NCBI GenBank assembly: GCA_030704615.1
Contig: CM060734.1
Coordinates: 14,012,001-14,076,000, forward strand
Origin: Takakia lepidozioides
Taxonomy: Eukaryota > Plantae > Bryophyta
Reading direction: 5' to 3'
Length of the DNA stretch: 64,000 nucleotides
A program made the position numbers and the translations under genes. The notes beneath the pieces were generated by a model. That model had not been told where the DNA came from, searched no databases, and saw nothing but the letters and a program-made list of their open reading frames with translations. Each line of letters starts with the position of its first letter. The first letter of the stretch is position 1. This document shows, in pieces, positions 1-12,041 of this stretch.

Positions 1-3000
1 TTTCAAAAGTGCAGCGGATAAAATGTTGGAGAGACACACAGTAGCATTGGCAGAGTTCTGGGCAGCAGGGTATTCCAGCGGACTCTTCGAATCCCACTCT
101 GTCGCATGGTCTCCCTTCCCATCGTCAGGCAGGCCCTTCCCGGAGATGTGGATAAGCTCAAGTTCGCATTTCGAGAAGGGTACCGTCTGGGATCGCAGCG
201 CGTTTTACGTTTCCATTGAGAATGAGGACGGCGAAACTCGTGGACCCACTGCCGATGAATTGTCAACGTGGGATACCCACTGGCACACTCGCAACACGAA
301 TTCGAGGCGACGCTGAAGGGTGATCCAGACTTCGGCCATATGTCGGGTAAAATGTTCTTTGTGTGGGACGGAATCACCGACTTCTCGCCTGGTGGGAGTA
401 CATCAAGCAGAACCATGCCAAGCACATTGGCTGGCATTACATGGTGGAGTGTGTCATCCTCAAGGTGAAGGCGGCAGACTCCTCCCTGCTCAAGAATGCC
501 ATGGCGGACCTCAACTCGTAAGATACTCATACCCTCCCTAGCACGTTCGAAATGCGGTGCCGCATTTCGGTTTCCATTCTGGTTTGTTTCCGTGCTTCCG
601 TGTACTGAACTGGAGAGTGTGCCTTGCAGGGTCACTGAGAATGCGTACGTGCATACCCACATGGCACTATGCTGTACAGGGTGAGGAAAACTGGTCTCAC
701 TGATCCGCATGTTTGCGGAAATGCTGGAGCCCGAGCTCATTCAGAAAGCCGTTGCAAAAACAGACCGGACATGGTATCGTCTCACTATGGATGGAATGGT
801 GGAGGTGATATACGAAGTAAGTCGTCCTCCAATTTCCCTCTGCTCATCCTTCCCCAATTTCAGTAATGTTTCCACATGAATCGAATGTAACGCTTCTGCA
901 TGTTTTTGTTGGCAGTCAAACATCAAGCTGGATTTGGCCCATGCCAAACGCTTCTTCATGGAAAGTGAGGGGCAGGTCAAAACGTTGCAGTCATTGACTG
1001 AGCACTTGAAGGAAGCCGGTGTCAAGTCCAGAACCAAATACAAGTCAAAGCTTGTGAAGCTGGTGGCAATTGCAGATCCGGCACTTGGAAAGGACTTCAT
1101 CCCCGAGATTGCAAAACACTATTCTCGGGCCATGCAGCCGACCATGCAATTGGAGAAACTGCATCACCTCTCAACGGCATGTGTGGAGGCGAAAGAGAAG
1201 GTGAGGTTTCAATGCACTGAAGTTCCTTCCTAGCAATAGCCACTCTCTTCCAGCTCCACATTGGATCGGAAATGGCAGACACGGTGGCTGTCGATCTGGA
1301 ATGCATCCGAGAGCATAAGGACAATGTGGTCTTTTCCACGAAGTTTCCGACCCTGCAGTGGATGTGTGGCTCAACCGTATGACTTGGTGGTTCCAGGTAA
1401 TTCAAGGTACTTCCCCAGATTTGCTTTTCTGACATGAATTCCCTGAACTGCTACGTGACAATGCATTTGGGAATCGCAGGTAATGTCGAATGCGAAGGAG
1501 CAAGTCGTAATGCACACAAATTCGTTCGGCTTGTACGTCAAATGGGATGGAACACAGACATTGGAAGACTACGTGACACGTTTCAGATGTGCGTACAAGG
1601 ACAACCTTTTCGCCAGAGAGCTACAGACAGCAAGAAGGAGCGTGGAGTTTACACATCAGGAGGGAGCGGGGAAAGCTGCAATGCGAATTGTTTACAGGTG
1701 AAGCACAGCTGCCCTTGTATGCGAAGCCTGGTTACGAGGTTTGTCTCGGAAATGCGGCACCGCATTCGCATTTTATGTTTTCGGTGGCACTCTGCCAGTA
1801 GGTTGGTCTCAACTTTTGCTCACGCATGCTGACTGCCTTGCAGGTATATGAAATACGTGCTCCTTCAGACAGGGGCCCTGGCTCAAGAGCCCCCGTTCTT
1901 CATGGCTTGGACCGTGGCGGGCCCAAGCTGTGTCTACACACCCGAGATGCAGAAACAATGGCATCCCGCGCATCTCGTTGGATGCCCGTGGTACCTGGAC
2001 ATGTCTGGCGGTATTGTTGACGAGTCTGAGAAAGATCTGCACGCCTTGGCAGAAGAGAAGAGAAAGGAAAGACGTGTCCCTGCTGGGCCAAAGTCGGCAA
2101 AGGAATCTGCTGCTCTGGAAGAATCCAGAAAGGCAGCTGAGATGGCACAAAAGACGGTGGATGCAGCTGTGCAGGCCCAACAGAAGGGGTCGAAGAAGAG
2201 GACTCGCCAGCAAGGAGCAGCTGTTGTGACACCCGCCAAAACGAAGAAGCAGAAACAGCCTGTTCAGGAAGAGGGTGAGGAAGAGGACTCCGATGGAGAC
2301 TTTGCAACCAGCCCACCCCCCCAAACGCAGGCTGCCTCCCCTGTGCCCACCGTTGTCACGAGAGGCACGAGAACTGGCTCGGCAAAGAAGGCACTCTTCA
2401 ACCCCCCAGGGGGGCACCCTTTCGAGCCGGTGGAAATGAAGAGGCCGAAAGTGGCTCCCGAAACAGTAGTCCAGTGTGTAAATGAGAGTTTCTTGGCGGC
2501 TTTGGATGGACGGGCAGCCAAGTTGGCATACATGAAGACCATGGAGGGTCTGAAGGGCAGAGCACTGAAGAAGGCGACTGCCGAAGAGCCTTCCGACACC
2601 CAGGATTTCAGAATATGGTCTCGTTCTTTGAGGGGTGTGTGCAGACAAGGATTGTAGGAGGGGCGGAAATGCCACCGAGTGGTCTTGCGATATGATCATC
2701 TTGGATATTCCGGACGGAGAGCCTGTGGAAGGACTGCAAGCTTTGCCATCTTGGAACAGGTACTCGGAGGACTTTTGGAAGAAAGGATTCGGGCTTGCCC
2801 GCATGGTGTTGGACGACAGAGGCTGTGTGGTTGTCCTGGCGAGCAGAGGAAAAAACACTCAGACAGGAATTGCGAAGTGGACCCGCAAGAGCGCCGTCCC
2901 GATTCTGAAAAAGAAGTGGACGTGCATCAACACACTGGGCCTTCGGTCGGAAGGGAAGAAGGTGATTACGACACTGGCACTCGTCCATTCATTTGCTTGG

Positions 3001-4185
3001 GTGTTTTCAAATGCGGTGCCGCATTCGGTTTCTAATCGTTTTCCCCTGTGTATGCAGACGAAGCAGTTCGATGCATACTGCTTTGTGAAGGAGAACTCCA
3101 CCTTTGCTTTCCGGAAGGAGGGAGGAAAGGTTGACCCGAACTGCGACCCACTCGATTACGACGTTCTGTTCAACAACGTTCCCAAGGAACTTCTCCCTCA
3201 TAGCCTCACTTCAACGGAACCCCTGCGGTACTCACGGACTCGGAGCCCTGCCTTCATTCAGACAATTATGGAGACATGCACAGACGTGGAGGGCACAGTG
3301 CTCGACCTCATCTGTGGGACAGGTATGCAGAATCTTGATCTATGCTGTTCTGCAAATTCTCGTTAGGATGTAGTTCGCAACATCTGAAGCGCCATGTGGT
3401 AATGTGTGGATGGCATTGTAACAGGTGCCTCAATGTGGGCTGGGCGGTTTTCCGACCGGCACCTCTTTGCCTACGAGGAGGATTCATCCGTGTGGGGATC
3501 CCATCTGGAGGGGCTGCAACGGAATGTGAAGGCTCCCGACAGAGCGGAAGTCTCCTCGGATTCGTCGGAGTCCGAGGAAGACACAGTGGACATTGATGCG
3601 GAGGAGAACCCGGAATACGAGTGAGTGCAAACATTGTAAGTTTGCAAAGCCTTCTGGGTCATTTATGTCAAACGAATTTCCCGACTGTGGTTCTCATTAG
3701 TCTCGTTGATGATTGTCATGTGCAGGATTGCAGGGTCCGGGTCGAAACATGTAGGGCCTACACTGCCAGGAAGAATGTCCCGTTCTTTGCGAGGGCCGAC
3801 TTCATGACGAGCCCGGTGGGACTACTCCCTTCCTAGTTATGCAGCTAAACTCGCAAATACAGCGATTAGAAGAAGTGAGAATCCCAGTAAAGTAGAGCAG
3901 ATTTTGGAGAGGGCTAGGGAGGACAGAAGGATAAGGAAAGAGTTGGCAGCAGCTCAGACAGGTAGACGGGTACGAAAGTACATATGTGATTCAGCGGATG
4001 AGAGCGACAGACAGGGAGGAAGACGACCCAACGGAGGTGAGATGGACAGTTCCGCAAGGGGAAGATGGGATTTTCGAAAGCCTGGCCAACGAGCAGTCCG
4101 CTGGAGATGAGAAGGCACTGAGGGGGTGGAGGCGGAGCAGGACAGTCTAGAACAGGATGAGGATTCGGATGATTTTCAAGATTAA
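1..4185 (+). CDS. ParB/Srx-like + beta-class N4/N6 DNA methyltransferase-like fusion, copy 1 (5'-truncated by window edge, ~9 exons, several 1-bp frameshifts)
   Basis: GT-AG exons approx <1-517, 630-816, 916-1200, 1279-1396, 1480-1697, 1844-~2961/2982, 3058-3322, 3425-3620, 3726-4185 (TAA). FYVSIEN...MFFVWDG(N)HR (367-380, -1 frameshift) is a ParB/Srx-like motif. CDMIILDIPDG (DIPDG at 2704-2718) sits at the motif IV position. RSPAFIQTIMETCTDVEGTVLDLICGT|GASMWAGRFSDRHLFAYEED matches the motif X-I-II pattern of N6_N4_Mtase (KP..L...li...s..gd.VLD.F.GSGT....a....R..ig.E). Collinear with copies 2 and 3. Confidence 0.75.
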
Positions 4186-4320
4186 TAGAATTTTAATGAA
4201 GTCTCTGTAAATGTAAATTCTCTTCCAGAGTATATAAAGGAAATTCTGCCGACATTCGTGACCCCTCTCCAGTGTGCATTCCAGCCACACAATCGCCAAA
4301 CCACGACGCTCCCAAAATCA

Positions 4321-5001
4321 GAAATGGGCACCGCATTTCCAAAATTTTGGCAACTCTAAGAACCTCTTTTGGAAATGCGGCACCGCATTTCCAAAACAGG
4401 GGAGGGACTAAATTTTCCATTTCAATGTTGGCATAGTAAAAAGTAATCTGAATTGGAAATGCGGTGCCGCATTTCCAAAATTTCCTTTGTCCACACGCCA
4501 GTTTTGGCCTCTCCCGCTCATTGCATGGATGCCACCACGCTTACAGAGGTCGAACAAGAGGTCGAACAAGGAGGTCGAGATGGCGGAATTGAAAATGCGG
4601 TGCCGCATTTCCATATTGGGATGGTCGTTGTTCGAACTGCAGGCCCATCAGCAAAAATTGGCACCGCATTCCATTGTAAAAAAAAGTCGATGACGGACAT
4701 GGAAATGCGGCGCCGCATTTCCAGAACGGACATCGCAATTTGTCCATTTGCAGACCCTCTCGGAAATGCGGTAACGCATTCCATCGCGCTGGTCGAAATG
4801 TCACACTTTTCGAAGTGTTGACGGAAATGCGGCACCGCATTCCCTTGTCCAAAAAGAAGTTTCCATTGCCAAGCTGGAAATGCGTCGCCGCATTTGCAAT
4901 GCCAACCTCGTTTTCTGACCAATTTATAGACCCGTGTTGGTATTTCGTGTACCTGGACGGAAATGATGCACCGCATGACGAAATGCGGCACCGCATTTCG
5001 A
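4321..5001. repeat. Array of ~11 palindromic 22-bp motifs GGAAATGCGGYRCCGCATTTCC with irregular spacers
   Basis: Copies near 4321, 4371, 4455, 4591, 4654, 4701, 4762, 4823, 4876, 4959, 4980; single copies also lie in introns at 548-569, 1748-1768 and 3009-3027. Confidence 0.9.
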
Positions 5002-5255
5002 TGTCCGACATGGCGTTACTCTGTATATTCTTGACACATGACTCACATACCGGTTACTCTGCTATATTCATCCGGACAGACACATTGTAGAAATGAGACA
5101 TCAAATTGTAAACAGTGGGCCAATTCCGACAGTTATTCAACACAATGAAACACAATCATACAGAAGTGAGGTACGATGGGTTTATTGATCGGACACGATG
5201 TCTCACATTTACCAACTGCAGACAAAACTAAGCCCTTCCTCCTTCTACATGGGTT

Positions 5256-5951
5256 TCACCAAGTCGACGGAACTTCGATACCCCTCAAAACAAGCTCATC
5301 ACTGCTGCGGCACCTCGAGGTAAACTGCAATTCGGTCGTTCTGCTGCCCTTGCTGGAGCCGACGACAATGTCATGTCCATCAATGATACCACCATCATAC
5401 ATTGACAAGGTCACTGTGGGCCTCATGTGCCCGTGCGATTCGTCTTCGCAACTCAGCCGAATGTCTCCATACACTGGAAGAGCGGAGTGATCTGCACGTA
5501 TATAGTTTTCCCCGGTGCCGTCCTCCCTGGTCCACTGGCAGCAGTTCCAGCGCCAAAGCGAGGCCGGCGTGATGTCCGGCATCCCTTTCCAGCTTGGTAT
5601 ATCGAGGTCAACAATTTTCAGGACCACGGACCGCATTGACCCTCGCCCTCACCTCGCTCAAAGCGGTAATAGCCCTCCAGATACTCCATTGCGCGCAAAG
5701 ACTCTTGCTTGATTCCAACAGCGTCTGTGAAAACAGAGAGCCAGACAATGATGTCTCCTGATTCTGGTTTGAACATAGCATAATCGTGGCCATGATAAGG
5801 GCAGTCGGCTGGATTTCGGCGGCACGGACATCCTTGAAAAAGAGTCGCGGAGTACGCTCAATGACAGCAGCTCCCGGATGGAGGAGGAACCGCGTGGCTG
5901 GAAAAAGTTCAAGCTAATGCTGCAATTCCTCACAAACACTCCAGGGCACAT
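5256..5951 (-). CDS. Unknown intronless protein (frameshifted), paralog of 6234-6938
   Basis: ORFs 5658-5951 and 5256-5636 plus an intermediate frame (YAMFKPESGDIIVW); shares LR.SF.RM, RWNCC.WT, P.YGDIR, DGG.I.G.DIVV and ELVLR..EVP with the + strand ORF. Confidence 0.65.
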
Positions 5952-6193
5952 TTAAATTTCCCCCTACAGGATCCTGGACCGATGAAGATTGGCTGCTGCA
6001 TGAATGTAGCCGTTTCAGTTTCCTACCCTGCCATGCAAACTATGGCAGTCACTGCCAGGTGGGCCGATAGCCACTGGACACGACGAAGTCCATCCCCTCT
6101 TCGATGTAAATGCGGCGCCGAATTTCCATCCGGGGGGATGGACTTCGGTGGCAGATCTCAAACTATAACTTGTGATGAGAAAGATGTATGGGT

Positions 6194-6938
6194 TCATCCA
6201 CCGCTGGCGTGATGAACACGTCCACCTCCGTCGGTGGGTACGTGTGACCCAGATGCTCCATTATTGGAGGCCGGACTGCTCTTCCGCTTCGCATCATTTC
6301 CAAAATCTAAGGGCTTCGTAGCTGTCCGCAAGGTCATCGGCATCCAAGTCGTCCTCAGGTCCTCCTTTGCAAGGATGCCGTGCTTCCGGAACCGGGACGA
6401 CTGCCCATTTGGAGGCATCGATTATGCAATGTATTCGGCCACATCGGGAGACATTGTTATCTGGTACACAGATTACACAGAAGATACTGGTTCGATTGTG
6501 GAAACATTGGTGGCTTTTGAGTATATCGTAGGCCACTACGCCTTCGAGCGGGGTGACGATCTTGGTCTGAGGAGTCCGTGGCTCCTGCGCATCCTCGATT
6601 CCGATTTTCCCAGCTACGACGGTCACCCATGCAGAAGAAGGCGCACTGCTATGCTGTTGCGGTGGAACTGCTGCCACTGGACGTGGGTGGACTCCATCGG
6701 AGAGACCTATTCTCCTGAAGGAGTGCGCTCCTCTTCTCCATTGTATGGGGACATTCGCATTGGTGTGGACGACGAAAACGTGAAGATTTCCATATTCGAT
6801 GGTGGTATGATTGAAGGGCAGGACATTGTGGTGAACATCACTAGGGGCGGTACAACGGCTGCAATCGACTTTACATGGAGGAGCCCCATGACTCATGAGC
6901 TAGTTCTGAGAGCAGTCGAAGTCCCATTGACAACGTGA
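6194..6938 (+). CDS. Unknown intronless protein (~234 aa), paralog of 5256-5951
   Basis: Open ORF 6234-6938 with clear similarity to the divergent neighbour; start codon uncertain. Confidence 0.65.
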
Positions 6939-7279
6939 CTTGTATTCAGTAGGCACAGGGCTCAAGATTTGATGGCACAATCAGCACAGTAGACGTGCTT
7001 CAAATGCAATTCATGTGGATCAATAAAAACCTCATTGTGCCCTCTTTTTATTCTATTCTGTGTCCATCGTTCCCAGAATGCGTCATTGCTCATTTTGTTT
7101 GGGATTGGGAGTGTGGGTGGATTTTGCAAATGGCTGGTAGGCTGAAATGGGCCCCCATTGTACAGAGCAGTACCACCCTACCATTCGCGAAACATTGCCT
7201 TTCAATATATAATTCTAAATAACATTGCCGAACCTCCTTCATCGGGAGGTCCTTCTCCCCCTATGACTGTGGCACCCTA

Positions 7280-7402
7280 AACCCTATTCCCGCGGACACT
7301 CATTTCCGGAAAATAGTGCTGCTCATGTTTTTTTCCACACTTACGACTCTGCTCATGGCTCATGCCGCTCATGGCTCATGGCTCATGAAATAGCAGCCCC
7401 CC
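7280..7402 (+). mobile_element. Putative 3' terminus of ParB-MTase element 1 (GCTCATG repeats ending GCTCATGAAATAGCAGCCCC)
   Basis: Near-identical motif at 30804-30823 after copy 2 and an inverted variant at 60945-60966 after copy 3. Confidence 0.6.
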
Positions 7403-7897
7403 ATTTCAAGGAGACGCGTCGCGGTGGATTCCTACTTTAAGGAAGGTGGATTCTTGCTTGAAGACATCGAATGGATGCGAATGGTTTGTCATTTCATTTC
7501 TAGTTTATCATTTGTGGTTTGCTGGTTTCATGTTTTGATGAACGAATCCCACGGTTATAGGCCCCTTCGGTTATAAGAGGGCCGCGACACTATACGATGA
7601 GGCTCCATCGGATGCGGATGTTGGAGAAGAAGATGAAGACATGGTCATTGAAAACAAGGTGGAAGATGATTCAAACGCGCCTTTTGCTGACCCGGCCATT
7701 TATGACGATGACTCCAATGACCAAGAAGACTTACAGCTTGATGAGGACGAAGAAGCTCCGGATGATGATGTTCACGTTGATTAGACACGTAATCAAAGCT
7801 ACATAATAATTCTCGCACAGAATTGTACCCATCCCTTCGGTTGATTGTACATGTACATATATGTAGCTTATTTCTATGATTGATCAGTGGTCTTGTA

Positions 7898-7901
<4 letters not shown>

Positions 7902-7945
<44 letters not shown>
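7902..7945. repeat. (CT)n microsatellite
   Basis: Direct reading; a (GA)n tract also lies near 8780-8810. Confidence 0.95.
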
Positions 7946-7948
<3 letters not shown>

Positions 7949-7952
7949 CCAG

Positions 7953-8208
7953 GTTTATTTCTCTCGAGATCAGATCAAACTATCATGGACACTCTAAAAG
8001 ATTGCTCGCCTTGGAAGGCTCACATGGCCAACAGTGGAAGGTCAACATATGCAGGTCCAGATGTCGTGAGAGCAAATGTTGTTTTGCGGTTCTAGGCTGG
8101 AGGGAGTTTGCATTCAACAACAACTTCAAAATCGGAGACTAGCTTGTATTCACTCTCGTTTCACACTCTCGTTTTACCGTTCAAGTGTTTGACAAGTTTG
8201 GCAAATGA
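7953..8208 (+). pseudogene. B3 DNA-binding domain fragment (REM-like) with in-frame stop
   Basis: LALEGSHGQQWKVNI...GWREFAFNNNFKIGD*LVFTLVSHSRFTVQVFD matches the B3 signature L...G..W.V...GW..F...N.L..GD.LVF...F.V.IF; stop at 8140-8142; begins after a CT-rich acceptor. Confidence 0.7.
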
Positions 8209-8775
8209 AGGCAAACAACTCCATCACCTAGGGAGTATCCTTGGAGCCATACTGGGGTGGATTCAATGGCTTCGTAGGATTGGGATTCGTATCCACCGCC
8301 GGGCTAAAAGCTATGTAACTAACACGATGAAGTCATTCCCAACAAATGTTTCTAGCAGATTTGAGCAACACGAGTTATCTACAGGAGTTGATTAAGAAAA
8401 CAATGGATGTGGGCATTTTGAAGAAGGGGTCTCATTTATTCCTAAAGACGGTTTTTCAAAGCTCGATGGCCTAGCGCCCCCACAGGGAAGGGAGACAGGG
8501 GGAGAGAGAGGGAGAAGGACAAAGGGAGGAGAGGAGAGAGGAGAGGAACAGAGGGGAGGGAGGGGGGGGGGGGGGGGGGGTGTGATTGAGCATCTGCTGC
8601 TCTCTCCATCTCTCTCCACATACTCATGCAAAAAAAAAAAAAACCAGAAGGTTTAGGGGGGGTGGGTAGTAGGGTCTGCTGCTGCTAAGTCCCCCGCCCC
8701 CCCAACCATCTGTTTTTTTTTTTTTTTTTTGTGAGCAGCACAAAAGAGAGGGAGAGGGAGAGGGAGAGGTCGACA

Positions 8776-8818
<43 letters not shown>

Positions 8819-9369
8819 GGGGAAAGAAAGAAAAAAAGAAAAAGGTGGGGGAAACCCCCTAGTGCCCATCCCCCGTCCTCACCCCTCTCCCTGCCCTTTA
8901 ACTCAAACAAAAAGGCAGCCCCCCCTAGCGACCCCCATCCGTTGCAAGAAAAAAAACCCATCGCAACCCCCCTCTGCGATGCCCCACCGTTGCATATCCG
9001 CGCCCTTGGGCCCCCCTCTTCCTCTTCATGCCACCTTGCGACGGCGGGCGTCGCAAAGGGGGGTTACGACGGGTTGTTTTATTTTCTTGCGACAGATGGG
9101 GTTGCCAAGGGGGGGGGGGGGGGGGGGGTTCCCTTAATGCCACCTTGCGACGTCCGGGCGTCGCAGCCTAGCCCCGGCGCTGGGTCCAACCCGATGGTGA
9201 CGTGCGGACATCGCAAGGTGGCACGTCGCGCCGATGGCGACGCCGGGACGTCGCAAAAGGGGTCACGGGGCTGGTGTTGCACTCAGCGCCATGCCGCACA
9301 TGGGGCGCGGCTGGCGTCGCTAAACAACCAACCCCCCCCCACCCACCCAATTTGTTGTAGTGTTGTGTG

Positions 9370-10808
9370 CAGGTTCCATATAGGTGCTATGGTCGGGAAT
9401 CTAGCCCTTGTTGATATGAGCCAAAATGGGTATGTGTCTGAAGGGTGTGGCAGCATAGAGAGTCTGGACCAACATACTTCCTTCAGACAGCTCAAATAAA
9501 ACAAATCCAAACCAGAAGAAACCGCATTGCGTCGACAGAGGGCCACGAGGGCCCATCGGACAAGGTAGAACAACCCAAGGACTACTTCCGGATGCATCCA
9601 GAGAGAGGAAATTAAACTTTGCCAGCCTTAACCTTGTCCCGACCCAGGTTTGGAAAGAGATGGGGAAGGAGATCATTGCGCAGACCTCATTGCAAGTGGG
9701 ACGGACCCTATTGATGGTAGAGATTGTTGTTGATTGCTCATGAGATTCAACGGGCGCATATCTGAAGATCTCCAAGGGTGCCCATCCTCTCACAGTTTTT
9801 TGTCTGGGTCGATCTCATTCATGTCTGTTACAGTTGCATAAGAAAATCCACGTAACTCCCCACGGGTAAACACAATCTTTCCCCAAAAAGCTTTTGGTCA
9901 AACTCTTGGCAACCACATAGCTTCTTCCCGAAGGTGGGAAGGCATACACAAAAGCTTTCAAATCTTGTTTCTCTCTTACATCACTGGACATCGCAATTCT
10001 CTATCTTACGAGAAGTAAGTCTGTTTTAACTATTATCTTTATATACATCAGATTTAATGCAGCCGATTTGTTTCTTTTTGGCCCTGATATCTTTTGCTAT
10101 AATATATCATTTCGACTGATCTAATGATTTATATATAGTCTGTAATTTGCAGATATAACAGTCAGACAAAGATATTCGAGACCGTGCATCACAACGGGTG
10201 ATATCCGGAGAGCTGAAAAATGGAAAAGCTATTTCATTTTTAACTGCTTATGAAGAAGAAAAAGAATTTGCTAAGGAGCAAGAAGTATGATCCTTAATCA
10301 CTGTACATTTCTTCATGTCTAATCTTTGTGCAAATTTTCTTAGTGAGGTTACATTGTGCTGGTTTTTCTAAGATTATTTTTTGATATTTTGAACTGTTGT
10401 ATTTTCAGGAAAATATTGCTGACAGATCAGTGGCATCTTCCGAAGGGGGTTTAGGAGATATGTTGGGGAGCCCGAATGCCGACAACTCTCTTCAACGCAA
10501 AAAACGAGTTTTCAGAGCCAACCGTTGTGCCCGTTGTTGACAACGTTTCTGCTGTGAAAATTTCCGAATGAAAAAATTTCCTAGATCAAGATCTAGATTT
10601 CTGGAACTCTCAAAATGGTGCCGATGCACTTGCATCTGTGATGTTTAAGCATGATCATTCGGGATCTTCAACACCACAAGTTTCAAGGAGCAGCTCAGTG
10701 CATCTTGGCCATCATTTTGAGAATCTCCATAATTGCAACATTACCATACATATTTCGGACGTGGCTGCTGGAGCCGAAATTCTGAAGAACCTGGCTGGAT
10801 CTCAATAA
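9370..10808 (+). pseudogene. Degenerate Crypton-like tyrosine recombinase
   Basis: PTGKHNL (~9858-9880, cf. P.G.NTL) and ITGHRNSLSYE|K-Y (9980-10014, spliced to ~10153) match the TGHR.xxSxxxY catalytic-Tyr motif; GT-AG introns; many frameshifts and stops. Confidence 0.5.
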
Positions 10809-12041
10809 TTGTACAGATGTAGAACTAGTATCATATAAACTTAGTGAGAATCATCATTGGCTAAGCACGTCACACTGCACAGTGCAGATTAGGTACAATT
10901 AGTGCCAGTAGATGAGCTTAGCGTAAAGTACTTGGCTATGAGCAGTTGAGAATGAACACCGTGTATATGACAATTGTAACAATTTACAAATATTACATGG
11001 TAAGATCTTTGATATCGTGCCTCAAAGTTTGGTTGGTAAAAATATCCAAAAAAAAATTACTGGTCTTTTTATGCGTAATTTGAGATAATGGGCCCAAGCC
11101 ATGGGCTCAACGGCGTAACAAGGAATTATGCTTTTTAAAGCCCCACAAAATACACTAGGATTTTCCAATGAGGTTTTTACCACTGTTGTACTAGTATTGA
11201 ATTTTTAATATACCAGTCGGGTCCGGGTCTTGCTTTGTTATGAAATTAGAACCAGGTTATCGACCTAAATATCGTAGGGTCTGGTTTTTCAAATACAATA
11301 TTGGTATAAGTATTTGCTTTGGCAGTGGGTACGTGGTCTCAATAATTGGGGGCAAATTTTTGCAGTACCATATCAGGGGTATATCAACCCGGGTATCAAT
11401 AGTTTTTGCACCCATCATACACAACCTGAAAGCCAAGCCAAAACATGTAGCACACAATTGACTAGCCAAATCACAAACATACAACCTGAATATACAAACA
11501 AAAACATACAAAGCTTGAATGCAAGAAAATGCAGGAAAATTGTCCCAAAGAGACAGTTTGAATTCATAGAAATATGCCAATACATTGTTGTAGTTGCAGA
11601 AAGTTAGAGTATGCTAATCTGATTAGTAGAAATGCCTAAATCTGATCTTCTACGGAGCCACCACCATCCTTCATAATGTGAAAAACCACACCCATGATTC
11701 ACCAATTTTTTTGGGCCAATCTGTGTCTCAATCCTGGTATCGCGGGAAGAATAAACATTTTGTGAATGTGGGGTCGTCCAACGCAGGGAAACCATCGGGG
11801 AACAGATTGAAATCTTTTAAGAACCAGAATCCACACGGTGCCACAGTCTTCGGCTGTGGAGGGACAGGGAGAGTCGATTGCAGATGCGATGCCTGTTCTT
11901 TGAAGAGCGCAATGGCTTCTATTCTGTTGAGGATAGGCAGGATTGGGTGTAGGCAGGTTGGCCGCAATGGGAATAGGTGCTCTGTCCACCACGCCACCGT
12001 CATGCTGGAAAGCGTCGTCCATGTCAGTCGTGCTGTCGATT

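Noticed and set aside
4321-5001. CRISPR-like appearance (palindromic repeats with variable spacers); also 22755-23595 and 58925-59660
   Set aside because: Eukaryotic context, irregular spacer lengths, spacers partly similar to each other, degenerate repeats, no cas genes or leader.
7403-7783. Acidic coding-like remnant after the element 1 terminus
   Set aside because: Too short and low-complexity to assign a family.
11728-12040. Minus-strand ORF following gag as a protease/pol continuation
   Set aside because: No zinc knuckle or D(S/T)GA protease motif; it appears to be unrelated sequence after a truncation.
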